This document shows positions 35,970-48,958 of a stretch of 64,000 nt of DNA, in pieces. The DNA is from Felis catus. Its lineage: Eukaryota. How positions within the stretch are numbered: the first letter of the stretch is position 1; every line of letters starts with the position of its first letter. The notes beneath the pieces were generated by a model. The model was not told the DNA's origin, ran no database searches, and saw only the letters and a list, made by a program, of their open reading frames with translations. Location: positions 115,508,001 through 115,572,000 of the forward strand of contig NC_058368.1 of assembly GCF_018350175.1 (NCBI RefSeq), written 5' to 3'. The translations under genes and the position numbers were made by a program.

Positions 35970-38900
35970 CAAATTATATTTAAGCTCTAGTTAACATACA
36001 GTGCAGCATTAGTTTCAGAATTCAGTGGTTCATCACTTACATACAAACCCAGTGCTCATCCTAACAAACGCCCTCCCTCTCCCTTTTTTTTTAATGTTTG
36101 TTTATTTTTGAGAGAGGAAGTGTGGGGGAGGAGGGGCAGAGAGAGGGAGGGAGACAGAGGCTCTGAAGTGGTCTCTGCCCTGACAGCAGAGAGCCCCATG
36201 GTGGGCTCACACTCACGAACCGGGAGATCATGGCCTGAGCCGAAGTCAAACCCTTAACCCTCTGAAACACCAAGGTGCCCCAACAAGTGCTTTCCTTAAT
36301 GTCCATCCCCCATTCCTCTCCCTTCATTAGCCCTCAGTTTGTTCTCTGTTCTCAAGAGTCTCTTATGGTTTGTTTCCTTCTCTTTCTTTTTTTACTCCCC
36401 TCCCATATTTTCATGTTTTGTTTCTTAAATTCCATGTATGAGTGAAATCATATGGTATTTTTCTTTCTCGGACTGACTTATTTCACTTAGCATAATACAT
36501 TCTATCTCCACGTCATTGCAAATGGTAAGGTTTCATTCGTTTTGGTGGCTGAGTAATAACTCCATCTTCTTTATCCCCATTTTCTTTATCCACATGTCCT
36601 CAAGTTTTGAAAAATTTTATTGAATCATTTTATTCATGGATTCATTAACTTCATTTTTCTCTGTTCTCCCTTTTTTCTTAACTATTACCGTATGTTGGAC
36701 TTCCTAGACTGCTCTCTGCCTGTTCCCTCCACACACCTTCTACCTATATGGATTTGCCTATTCTGGACATTTTATATAAATGGAATCATACAACATGTGA
36801 CCTTTTGTGTCTGGCTCATTTTGTTTAACAGTGTTTTCAAGCTATATGCAAGTTACAGTACATATCAGTACTTAGAATTCCTTTTTGTGACTGAATAATA
36901 TTCTGTTGTATGGGTAGCTAACATTTTCTTTTTCCATTTACCAGATGATGGGCATTTGGATTGTTTCCATTTTTTTTTAACCTGTTAAGAATAATGTTGC
37001 TTGAACAGTATTTTTCAAATACTTTGCAGTTTTTCTGTGAACATTAATTTTCATTCCTGTTGGATATATACCTAGGAGTGGAATTGCTGGGTCATGTGGT
37101 AATTGGATGTTTATTTTTTGAGGAATCGCCAGACTGTTTGTAAACAGGCTGCACTATTTTACATTCCCACCAGCAATGTATGCATGTTCTAGTTTCTACA
37201 TATGGTCATCAACACTTGTTACTTTATTATTTTGATGATAGCTTTCCTAGTAGGTGTCAAGAGATATATGATTGTGGTTATAATTTACATTTCTCTTAAT
37301 TACTGAATGACATTGAGCATCTCTTCATGTGCTTATTGGCCATATATATACATCCTCTTTGGAGAAAGGTGTATCCTTTGCCCATTTTTATTTACTTATT
37401 TTTTTAATGTTTATTTTTGAGAGAGACAGAGCACAACTGGGGGAGGGGCAGAGAAAGAGGGAGACACAGAATCTGAAGCAGGCTCCAGGCTGTGACCTGT
37501 CAGCACAGAGCCTGACACGACTCAGACCCACAAACCTAGAGATCATGACCTGAGCTGAAGTTGGATGCTTAACAGACTAAGCCACAGGTGCCCCTGTTGT
37601 TGTTGTTGTTGTTAAAGGAAGTTCGTTGTTTGTTTTTTCCTTTGCCCATTTTTATTAATAAATATATATATATTTTTTTTAACGTTTATTTATTTTTGAG
37701 ACAGAGAGAGACAGAGCATGAACGGGGGAGTGGCAGAGAGAGAGGGAGACACAGAATTGGAAGTAGGCTCCAGGCTCTGAGCCATCAGCCCAGAGCCCGA
37801 CGCGGGGCTCGAACTCACGGACTCACGGACTGTGAGATCGTGACCTGAGCTGAAGTCGGACGCTTAACCGACTGAGCCACCCAGGCGCCCCAATAAATAT
37901 TTTTTTAATGTTTGTTTATTTTTGAGAGAGACAGAGAGCAAACAGGGGAGGGGCAGAGAGAGAGGGAGACACAGAATCCAAAGCAGGCTCCAGGCTCCAA
38001 GCTGTCAGCACAGAGCCGTATGCGGGGCTCGAACTCATGAACTGCAAGATCATGACCTGAGCTGAAGTCAGATGCTTAATCGACTGAGCCACCCATTTGC
38101 CCCTCCTTTGCCCATTTTTAAGTTGGGTTCTTTATTGTTGAGCTTTAAGAAGTCTTTGTATATTCTGTATACTAAACCATTATCAGATAAGTGATTTGCA
38201 GAGTTTTGTGCTTTTGGTGTCATATCTAAGAAAGTGTTGCTCAATCCAAGGATACAAAGATGTACATTTATGTTTCTTTTTAAGGGTTTTATAGTTTTAG
38301 CTCTTACATTTAGATCTTTGATCTGTTTTTTTTTAATTTTTTTCTTTTAATTACATATACATAAAACCTTTCATCTAAGCTATTTTAACATAGACGTTTC
38401 CGTGGTATTAAGTACATTCATATTGTTGTACAACCATTACCACCATCCATTTCTAGAAGTCTTCTCACTTTTCACAACTGAAACTCTGTTGCTATTAAAC
38501 AATAACACCCCATCCTCTGTCTCCCCAGCCCCTGGCAACCATCATTCTACTTTTTTGTCTCTCTTATTTTTGACTAGGTTTCTTTTTTTTTTTTTAACGT
38601 TTTATTTATTTTTGAGAGACAGCATGAGCAAGGGAGGGGGAGAGAGAGGGAGACACAGAATTGTAAGCAGGCTCCAGGCTCTGAGCTGTCAGCACAGAGC
38701 CCGACGAGGGGCTCGAACTCAAAAACCGTGAGATCATGACCTGAGCCAAAGTTGGACGCTTAACCGACTGAGCCACCCAGGCGCCCCAACTAGGTTTCTT
38801 ATATAATTGGAATCCTACAGTATTTATCTTTGTGTGACTTACTTCTTTCACTTTAGCTTAATGTTCTTAAAGTTCATCCATGTTGTCAGAATATCCTTCC

Positions 38901-39510
38901 TTTTCAAGGCCAAATAATGCTTCATTGTACATATATACCACATTTTGCCTATTTATTCATCTGGTGATGGATTCTTGGGTTGTTTTAACTATTCTGAGTA
39001 ATGCTGCCATGAACATGGGTATACAGATAACTCTTCAAGACTGTGCTTTCAGTTATTTAAGGTTTATACCTAGAACTGGAATTGTTAGGTCATGTGTAAT
39101 TATGGTAATTCTATTTTTAATTGTTGGAGGAACTGCCATACTGTTTTCCACAGTGACTGTACCATTTTACACTCCCACTCACAAGGGTTCTAGCTTATCT
39201 TGACCAAAAGTTGCTACTTTCTGTTTTTGTTTTTTTGTTTGGGTTCTGGTAATAGCCTTTCTGAGGGGCTCCTGGGTGGCTCAGTCTGTTGAGTGCCTGA
39301 CTTTGGTTCAGGTCATGATCTCACAGTTCTCCAGTTTGAGACCTTTATTGGGCTCTTGGGTTCTCAACTGTCTGTGCAGACCTGGCTTTGGATCCTCCGC
39401 CCCCCACCCTCCCCTGCCCTGCACCTCACCCTCCTCACGCTGTCTCTCTCTCAAAAAGAAATAAACATTTAAAAAATTGTAATAATAATAGCCTTCCTGA
39501 TGGATGGGAT
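35970..39510 (-). mobile_element. Minus-strand L1 remnants (carnivore L1 3' end plus older L1M) riddled with SINEs
   Basis: TTTCACTTAGCATAATAC, GGATATATACCTAGGAGTGGAATTGCTGGGTCAT, TTTTACATTCCCACCAGCAATGTATG and similar. Boundaries approximate. Confidence 0.75.
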
Positions 39511-40465
39511 ATTGTTGCCTCTAGTCCCTTTTTTTTTTTTTAAGTTTATTTGTTTTGAGAAAGACTGAGACAGTGTGAGTGGGGGAGGGGCAGAGAGAGA
39601 GGATCCCAAGCAGTCTTTGTGTTGCCAGCGAAGAGCCTGATGAGGGATTCGAACCCTTGAACTGAGATCATGACCCAAGTTGAAGTCGGACGCTCAACTG
39701 ACTGAACCACCCAGGCACCCCTTCGTCTTTATCTAAAGTTGATGTTGAAGATGAATCCTCAGATGGCTGATTTCTTTATTGTCAGTTATTTATATTAAGA
39801 GTGGGGTACTAGAAAACTGATGAAAAGGTCTAAGCATACAGGGATGAAGTTTAGCAACTGTGGAATTCAGTTTACAGTTTGCTGGCTAGGCTATTTCTCT
39901 AGATGAACCATTTATATCAGTGAATTGTAAAGCTCCTTGTTTTGTACTGGGCACGTTTTTCTGAGGATCTTGTAATCTCCCGCCTAGACAGTACAGGCCT
40001 GGCTTCCAGTTTTCTCAGAATCACCAGGAACAAAGTTTGTATGTAAATGTTCACTTAATCTTCCTGTTTTCTGTACATCTTCCATGCCTTTGACTGTGTC
40101 AGTCTTAAGACCTTCTGTTTTATCCTTTCCAGAAAATAAACCTCTGACTTGTGGCTTGAGTGGGGAGGCATTCACTGAAGGAGTCCAGAGTCAAAGAAGT
40201 GATCTAGACATAGTTTTATTAGTTTTAAGTTTTAAAGTTATTTTTAAACTTTATTTATTTTGAGAGAGAGAGTGTAAGCAGTGGGGAGAGGGGCAGAGAG
40301 AGAGAATCCCAAACAGTGTTCATACTGTGAGTGCAGAGCCTGACATGGGGCTCAATCCCAAGAACCCTGAGTCATGAGCCGAGATCAAGAGTTGGACACT
40401 TAACTGACCAAGCTACCCACTTAACCTACTGAGCCACCCAGGCACTCCTGGAAAAGTATACATTT

Positions 40466-40502
40466 TACACTTGATCTTAGCCAAAAGGCCCTAAGAAGTG
40501 AT
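40466..40502 (-). pseudogene. RNU2: 3'-truncated U2 snRNA retropseudogene (U2 nt ~1-35)
   Basis: Minus strand reads ATCACTTCTTAGGGCCTTTTGGCTAAGATCAAGTGTA, versus the U2 5' end ATCGCTTCTCGGCCTTTTGGCTAAGATCAAGTGTA. Flanked by direct repeats GGAAAAGTATAC. Confidence 0.92.
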
Positions 40503-41015
40503 GGAAAAGTATACTTTTTTTTTTTTTTTTGGAAAAGTATACATTTTAAATGACAAGCATTTTCAACAAATACCAACAATGTAGTTTTTAAAATTTATTA
40601 CCCTGTAATAGACATTTTTTCCAAGTCTTGTATTGCTAGGGACACTGAAGCATCAACATTCCCATACGTGTTTCTTGGTACACGTAGGTGAGGGTTTCTC
40701 TTTATAGTTAGTAGAGTTGTTTGGTCATAGATTGTGAGCCTTTCCTTGTAAGATATTGCCACATTGATTTCCAACCTTTGTGACATCCAACTAATGAGAT
40801 ACAAAACTTTCTAATTAACTTTTTCTTTTAAAATTTCCCTCATTATGTGGGGTGTCTGGGTGGCTCAGTCGGTTAAGTGTCAGACTTCGGTTTAGGTCAT
40901 GATCTCACAGTTGGTGAGTTCGAGCTCCGTGTTGGGCTCTGTGCTGACAGCTTGGAGCCTAGAGTCTGCTTTACATTCTCCCTCTCTCTCTGCCTCTCCC
41001 CCACTTATGCTCTGC

Positions 41016-41061
<46 letters not shown>

Positions 41062-41381
41062 AATAAACATTAAAAACATAAAAATAAAATAAAATTTCCC
41101 TCAATATGAGTATAACACATTACAGAGAAAAGCACTAAACAGATGTCTAATAAACCAGTGCAGTTTTCAAATATACACAAACATTGAACATTCTGTAATA
41201 AATTTCCAAGTACCCCATCACCTTGGGGTAAATTTCCAAGTACCCCACCATGACCCCATCAGTCATTTTGTGTTATTTCTTAATTACCCCTTCCACCCTC
41301 AGTGGATTATTTAGAAGCCAATCCCAAATATCACATCATTTTATTTGTCAGTAATTCAGAATATATTACTAAGAGATAAGA

Positions 41382-41604
41382 CAGTGGTTTTCAGCTCTGG
41401 GCGATTTTGCCCACTAAGTGACATTGGGCATTGTTTGTAGACATTTTTGTTTGTCACAACTGGGAGGCTAGTAGTAGGTGCTACTGGTATCTAGTAGGTA
41501 GATGCTAGGGAGTTGCTAAACATTCTGCAATGCATAGGATAGCTCCCAACAGCAAAGAATTATCCAGCCCAAAATGTCAGTATTGCCCAGTTTGAAAAAC
41601 CCTG
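41382..41604 (+). mobile_element. MER20 (hAT-Charlie) DNA transposon, full length
   Basis: CAGTGGTTTTCA...GGGCGATTTTGCCC...AAAGAATTATCCAGCCCAAAATGTCAGTATTGCCCAGTTTGAAAAACCCTG; 8-bp hAT-type TSD AGATAAGA (41374-41381) / AGACAAGA (41605-41612). Confidence 0.88.
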
Positions 41605-41651
41605 AGACAAGAATTCTTTAAAAATCATGTGCATGGTACAGTTATCACATC

Positions 41652-41696
<45 letters not shown>

Positions 41697-41832
41697 GATT
41701 TTACTTTGGGGCACCTGGGTCTCTCAGTTGGTTGAGCATCTGGCTCTTGGTTTCAGCTGAGGTAATGATCTCATAGTTCGTCAGTTCGATCCTGTGTTGG
41801 GCTCTGTGCTGACAGTGTGCAGCCTACTTGGA

Positions 41833-42066
41833 TCTCTCTCTCTCTCCCTCTCTCTCCCTCTCTCTTTTTCTCTCCCCCCCCCTCTCTCTCTCTCTCTCCC
41901 CCCCCTCTCCCCCCCCCTCTCTCTCTCTCTCCCCCCCCTCGCTCTCTCTCCCCCCCCTCTCTCTCCCTTTCTCTCTCTGTCTCTGTCTCTCCCTCCCCCT
42001 CCCCCTTCTCCCTCCCTCCCCCTCTCCCCCTCTTTCTCTGCCTCTTCTCCCTCCCTCCCCCCCCTC
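41833..42066 (+). repeat. Expanded C/T polypyrimidine tract within a SINE
   Basis: About 230 nt, almost purely C/T. Confidence 0.92.
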
Positions 42067-42905
42067 AAAATAAATAAGTAAGTAAGTAACCTCTTGGGGC
42101 TCCTGGGTGACTCAGTTAAGCATCTGACTTGGCTCATGTCATGATCTCACAGTTCGTGAGTTCAAGCCCCACATCGTGCTCTCTGCTCTCAGTGCAGAGC
42201 CCACTTTGTATCCTCTGTCTCTGTACACCCACTGCGTGCATTTTCTCTCTCTCTCTCAAAAATAAGTAAATATTTTTAAAAATTAAAAAAAGATATTTTA
42301 AGTAATCATGGGGTTCAGATTCACAACCCCCACATCAAGAGTGGCATGCTCCACTGACTGAGCCACCCAGGCACTTCTGTAGTTGTTACATGTAGAATAT
42401 GAACAATATTGTGATATCAAATGTCAGGTTTAAAATTTTTCTCTTTCAGATGAGATTTTAAGTATCTTTTACATTTGATTTTTTTTAATTAAAACAAATT
42501 CAACTAATTGCATTTGGTTGATGTCTTCTAAGTCTTTGTTAATATATAGTTGTCTTCCTTTTTGTACACTTATTTGTTGAATAAAACATATCCCTTGTCC
42601 TATATACTGTCCCCCACTCTCTAGATACTGCTAATTGTATCTTCATCTCCTTAAACAGATTTGAAAACAGTGCTGTTTGTAACGCTGCTTCCAGGAGTTG
42701 CTTGTACCATCAACTTGTGAGCCTTTATAAATTTGATTCCTTGACTTTTTCCCATAAATTAGGATTTACCTTCTTGGGACTGCTAAGTCACTAACACTCG
42801 TTGTTCTTGTTTTTTATCTTCCCAAAATTTTATTGCTTTTGTTCCGTCCACCATTCTTTTGTGCTCCTGGGTTTAAGCCTTAAGAAAAAAAAAATCTGTT
42901 GACTC

Positions 42906-43099
42906 CTTAAATATAGAGAACAAACAGATGGTAAGTTACCAGAGAGGAGATGGGTAGGTGGGTAAGTGAAACAGGTGAAGGGGATTAAGAATACACTTAC
43001 GTTGATGAGCACTGAGTAATGTATGGAATTGTTGAATCACTATATTGTACACCTGAAACAAATATAACACTATGTTAACTACACTGGAATTAAAATTAG
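42906..43099 (+). mobile_element. 5'-truncated carnivore L1 3' end
   Basis: TGTTGAATCACTATATTGTACACCTGAAAC...ACTATGTTAACTACACTGGAATTAAAA; exact 18-bp TSD AAAAAAATCTGTTGACTC (42888-42905, 43100-43117). Confidence 0.88.
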
Positions 43100-43814
43100 A
43101 AAAAAATCTGTTGACTCTCGTTTTAATAGGATTTTGGAGAGAGTAAAAGTTACATGTGGAATCTGTCACTTTGCCTGGAAATTTGAGATACTTTGGTTCT
43201 TCCTATATATCTTTCTAAACACATGCTATAATTATTAGACCAAAATTCATATTTCTAGGAGTTGTAACTCTAAAGGAACAGGTACTTCAAAAGTCATAGA
43301 GTACAATAGATCTAATCATTTTTATGTAGCAGATAAGAGTATTGGACACTTATAATATTCTAAAAATAGTTAATAGTTTTCTTCTAGATCAATATATAAC
43401 ATTTAAAAACAGCTATATTCTATATTTAGCTAAGATGGCTAGCTTATTATTTACCTCATTGAAGGCTTTAGATGAATATTTATACCTACCAAGATTAATT
43501 ATTGTTTGGTGTTGTAAAGGACTCTGGACAGTATATAAGGATGTCAGATCTGGAGGAAAGTGGATCACTTGAAATAAACTACTTTTATCTTCCCACTCTT
43601 AACAATATTTTAAAATATTAAAAATATTTCTCTTAACCAAGTAGCTTTCGGTAGCAAGGCAGTTGTGGATTGTTGAGGTTTTTGTTTTTTGTTTTGTTTT
43701 TTAGTATTTAGCAGAAATAGAAATTTGTGATTGTTCTTGCTGAGAAACTGCTATGGTAATAATTTTTGCAAGGATCTATTATTCAGAGTCCTATTCTCTT
43801 TAGAGACTATATAG

Positions 43815-44910
43815 GGGTATTTATCAGTTAGCTTTGGTGTGTAAAAGATGACTCCAAAGCTTAGTGCCTTAAAACAATGACTTGTTATTTCTCGGGATTC
43901 TGTGGATTGACCAGACAGTTTTGCTTCCTGTTTTGTCAGCTAGGGCCATTTTTGTGCTCATAGTCCACTATCACCAGAGTTAGAAGGCTCAAGACTTCCC
44001 CTACAGGTCTGGGGACTTGATGCTCACTGTTGGCTGAAATGTATATCGTCAGCCCTCAAAGGGTCTTTCCAGCAAGATGGCCTGGACTTCTATGTGGTGG
44101 CTCAGAGCAAAAGAAGGAAGGAAAGCTGTCAGGCCTCTTAAATAATAGACTTAAAACTGACACAGTATCGCAATTGGTCTATTTTTTTGGTCAACCAAGA
44201 TGGATAGCTAGCCAGCATTCTAGAGGAAGGGAAATAGATGATTTCTTTCTTTTTTTTTTTTTAACTTGTTTTATTTTTTATTTTTTAAAATTTACATCCA
44301 GATTAGCATATAGTGCAACTATGATTTCAGGAGTAGATTCCTTAGTGCCCCTTACCCATTTAGCCCATCCCCCCTCCCACATCCCCTCCGGTAACCCTCA
44401 GTTTGTTCTCCATATTTATGAGTCTCTTCTGTTTTGTCCCCCTCCCTGTTTTTATATTATTTTTGTTTCCCTTCCCTTATGTTCATCTGTTTTGTCTCTT
44501 AAAGTCCTGATATGAGTGAAGTCATAATGATTTTTGTCTTTCTCTGACTAATTTCACTTAGCATAATACTCTCCAGTTCCATCCACGTAGCTGCAAATGG
44601 CAAGATTTCATTCTTTTTGATTGCCGAGTAATACTCCATTGTATATATATACCACATCTTCTTTATCCATTCATCCATCGATGGACATTTGGGCTCTTTT
44701 CATACTTTGGCTATTATTGATAGTGCTGCTATAAACATGGGGTGCATGTGTCCCTTCGAAACAGCACACCTGTGTCCCTTGGATAAATGCCTAGTAGTGC
44801 AATTACTGGGTCATAGGGTAGTTAATAGATGATTTCTTGATAAGAAGAGTAGTGTGTTCTTATAGGGAGGGAGAAATTGTTGATAGCCATGTTTGGAGAT
44901 TATTTACTGC
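43815..44910. mobile_element. Old MLT1 LTR split by a young L1 insertion
   Basis: TATCAGTTAGCTTTGGTGTGTAA...CCAAAGCTTAGTGCCTTAAAACAATGAC start; sequence resumes after 44838 and ends ...GCCATGTTTGGAGATTATTTACTGCA. Confidence 0.6.
44248..44823 (-). mobile_element. Young 5'-truncated felid L1 3' end (576 bp)
   Basis: Poly-T tail then L1 3'UTR and ORF2 end; exact 15-bp TSD AATAGATGATTTCTT (44233-44247, 44824-44838). Confidence 0.92.
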
Positions 44911-46979
44911 AGGGGAAATTATAGTAAATGTTGTCTTAATAATGTGTTTATTTCTTGGATAAGGCCATGTGTTAAGAATTTAATTTCGTAGAATTTTGTG
45001 GTTTTGGATTCATTAAAAACAATTCTTATGGTTGAGTGATATTAAATTAACATTTTTCCAAATGTTAATTCAAAAAAGTTTTTCTGAACATTTGTTTAGC
45101 CAATCAGTAGGAGGAAGGAAGAGAGAAGGAGTAGACGGGAAGGGAAAAGGTTTGTTGGAGTGAAACCTAAAAATATGATTGTTTTGCAGAAAAAGGTAGC
45201 CATTTATTTGGGGCCTGTTTTTTCCTGTCAGAGTAACGTCCTAAATTGCTTTATTTTTTCTTTTTTCTCCAGCTTTATTGAGATGTAATTAACATTTAAT
45301 ACTGTTTTTAAGTTAATTTACTTTTTTTTTTAAATTTTTTTTTCAACATTTATTTATATTTTGGGACAGAGAGAGACAGAGCATGAACGGGGCAGGGGCA
45401 GAGAGAGAGGGAGACACAGAATCGAAAACAGGCTCCAGGCTTTGAGCCATCAGCCCAGAGCCCGACGCGGGGCTCGAACTCACGGACCGCGAGATCGTGA
45501 CCTGGCTGAAGTCGGACGCTTAGCCGACTGCGCCACCCAGGCTCCCCAAGTTATTTTACTTTTTGAGAGAGAGTGCCAGCAAGCAAGAGAGAGGGTGAGA
45601 ATCCTAAGCAGGCTCCGTGCTGGCAGTGCAGAGCCTGATGTGGGGCTCGATCCCATGAACCATGAGATCTTGGCCTGAGCGTAAATCAAGAAAATCAAGA
45701 GTCAGAGCCTTATCCATCTGAGCTACGGAGGCACCCTGTAACATTGTGTAAGTTTCAGCTATACAGTGACAATTTGATACACTTAACATATTGCAGAATG
45801 ATTACTGCCATTGTATTGGCTAACCACCTCCACATGCCACATAAGTACCATTTCTTTTTTGTGATGAGAACATTTAAGATACACTGTCTTAGGAAATTTC
45901 AAGTATATCATACAGTATTACTAAATGTAATCACCTTACTGTACATTAGATCTCCACAACTTGTCCATCTTATAACTTGAAATACTGTGACCAACATCTC
46001 CCCATCATTTCCTCCATCCTCCCACTCTCCCAAGTTGCTCTGTGTAACCTAGTGCTGGGAAACTAAGGGGAATGAATTAAAAAGATAAAAGATACTAGTA
46101 TATAATTGCCTTTTTTTTTTTCTTAACATTTATGTATTCATTTTGAGAGAGAGATAGAGCACAAGCAGGGGAGGGGCAGAGAGAAAGAGAGAGGATCCCA
46201 TGCAGCCTCTGTACTGTACGCTCAGAGTTTTACCTGGGGCTCTAACTCATGAATCGTGAGATCATGATCTGAGCTGAAACCAAGAGTCGGTTGATTGATT
46301 GACTGAGCCACCCAGGCACCCCACTAGTATGTAATTTCTAAAAAGCTCTGTATGTACTGGAATTAGATTATTTCTTGTAGCATTAAAATGTAATTACTGG
46401 GCCCTTTTGTGTTTTTCACCTTATATTCTTTAAATTTTTCCTGTAAGACTTTAAAAAATTAAAAATCAAAGAGGTGGTTCTCTTCTTGGTTGCCTGTGTG
46501 TTCTGGAAATTGTTGGATAAAATTTGAGTTACAGGAAGAAAGAATTTCATACTACCAGATTTGTTCCTACCGAGACTCCGACTTAACTCATGATCTTGAG
46601 CACACATGTATTTTTTTTTAACATTTATTTATTTTTGAGACAGGGAGAGACAGAGCATGAACGGGGGAGGGTCAGAGAGAGAGGGAGACACAGAATCCGA
46701 AACAGGCTCCAGGCCCTGAGGTGTCAGCACAGAGCCCGACGCAGGGCTCGAACTCACGGACCGCGAGATCATGACCTGAGCCGAAGCCGGATGCCCAACC
46801 GACTGAGCCACCCAGGCGCCCCAATAGCACACATGTATTAAGAAACTTGAGGACACACCTAAAGCTATTATTATACTGTATGTTAACTAACTGGAATTTA
46901 AATAAAAACTTAAAAAAAAAGAGAGAGAAACTTGAGGCTGAGGAGGTTGTATTTTTTTTATTTGATGGGTAATATTTTC

Positions 46980-47091
46980 TTTTTTTTTTTTAATTTTTTT
47001 TTTTCAGCGTTTATTTATTTTTGGGACAGAGAGAGACAGAGCATGAACAGGGGAGGGGCAGAGAGAGAGGGAGACACAGAATCGGAAACAG
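46980..47091 (-). mobile_element. 5'-truncated young felid SINEC
   Basis: 3' half of the SINE only; exact 17-bp TSD TGATGGGTAATATTTTC (46963-46979, 47092-47108). Confidence 0.9.
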
Positions 47092-48718
47092 TGATGGGTA
47101 ATATTTTCATACTTTCCCTATTGTCATACCAAAGAACTGATTCTCTGCTTGCCACCTCCTCTTTGTTAATCTCAAAAATGTTCCCAAATCCTCAGTAGCC
47201 CCACTGTAATGATTATATGGGTTAAACATTCCCTGTAGGTTAATAGGTCAGATATGCCGTATTAAAAACTAGCTTTGAGGGGCACCTGGGTGGTTCAGTC
47301 GGTTGAGCATCTGACTTCACCTCAGGTCATGATCTTGTCATCCATGGGTTCGGGCCCCGCCTTGTGCTCTGTGCTGACAGCTCAGAGCCTGGAGCCTGTT
47401 TCAGATTCTGTGTCTCCCTCTCTCTCTGCCCCTCCCCCACTCATGCTCTGTCTCTGTCTCTGAAAAATTAATAAACCTTAAAAAAAACATTTAAAAAAAA
47501 TACTGGCTCTGAGAGTTATACTTTGTTCTTAATATTAAGGTATAAAATGTTTTTAAAACAGGTGATATTCATTGTTCATAAACCTTTCCCAGCCTAACTA
47601 TAGATTTGAAATTTTTTTTAATATTTATTTTATTTTTGAGAGCGTGAGTACACGTGCAAAAGAGTGGGGGAGGGGCAGAGAGGGAGACAGAGGATCTGAA
47701 GTGGGCTCTTGAACTGACAGCAGAGAGACCGATGTGGGGCTCGAACTCACGAACCATGAGATCATGACCTGAACTGACTGTTGGAGGCTTAACCAATGGA
47801 GCCACCCAGGTGCCCCTATAGATTTGAATTTTGTTGGGTCCTTTCTCAACCCTTGATCCTGATAAAGTGGAAATTCTTCTCGAGTGTGAATTTCATCATA
47901 GGAAAACAGAAACTTCATTTTTCTTGTCATAGTTCTATAATATCTTCCCCAAGACACTAATAAATGCTTCTATTATGGTGTAAAAGATACTTGACTGGAT
48001 GGCATCTCAACTGATTTCAATGTGGACAAAGAGCTCCTGTCTCTTAGCTTACATAAAATGTAATTTTGAAAAGACATTTCTTCAGATGTACCTATTCACA
48101 TTTTTGTTAATATTGTCTAGTGTCTAGTTTTGAAGGTTGGAGTGTTCCAGGGAGACACAAAAATCTCATTCTGTCAAGTTAGCATTCTGAATAACTGTTA
48201 TAAAATATAATTGCAGACTTGAGACTTGGTTTGGGTTTTGGTTTTTTGGTTTGTTTTTAATTTGAATTGTATTTTCTGTGCCTTAATCATCACATGAGAG
48301 AGCTTTGCAAATATGTAGCCAGTCTTCTAACATAGTAAAACTTAATGGCTTAGTTGACGTTTGTTACCTATGTTACAGAGATTGTCAGTCTTTAGGAAGA
48401 CTGATTTAACTGGAGAGATTATTCATTTTGAACTCCTGAGGTTAGTGTTGGAGAACTGGTTAAACAGAAACTGACTATGCTTTGGTATTGAAGAGTAAAG
48501 TCATTGAGAAGTAATACTCTTAAATTTCAAGGATTTACAGTTCTAAGTAACAGTTTTTATATATTTCAAAACATCTGAGAACCAAAACTTAATCGTATAC
48601 TACTTACTAAAAATAGTACATGTGAGTTTTTTAGGGGATGGAGCATAGCTTTACAGGGTATAATGGGAAATAGAATGTCATTTTTACCTCTTTGAGATCC
48701 CTGTTGTCCTGCCATTTG

Positions 48719-48958
48719 TTTTGTTTTGTTTTGTTTTTTTAATATTTAAACTTTTTTTTTAACATTTATTTTTGGGACAGAGAGAGACAGAGCATGAACG
48801 GGGGAGGGGCAGAGAGAGAGGGAGACACAGAATCGGAAACAGGCTCCAGGCTCTGAGCCATCAGCCCAGAGCCTGACGCGGGGCTCGAACTCCCGGACCG
48901 CGAGATCGTGACCTGGCTGAAGTCGGACGCTTAACCGACTGCGCCACCCAGGCGCCCC
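48719..48958 (-). mobile_element. Young full-length felid SINEC
   Basis: Exact TSD TGTCCTGCCATTTG (48705-48718, 48959-48972). Confidence 0.92.

Noticed and set aside
41781..42137. Four low-complexity ORFs (poly-SL/P and poly-RE/G)
   Set aside because: Translation of the CT tract.
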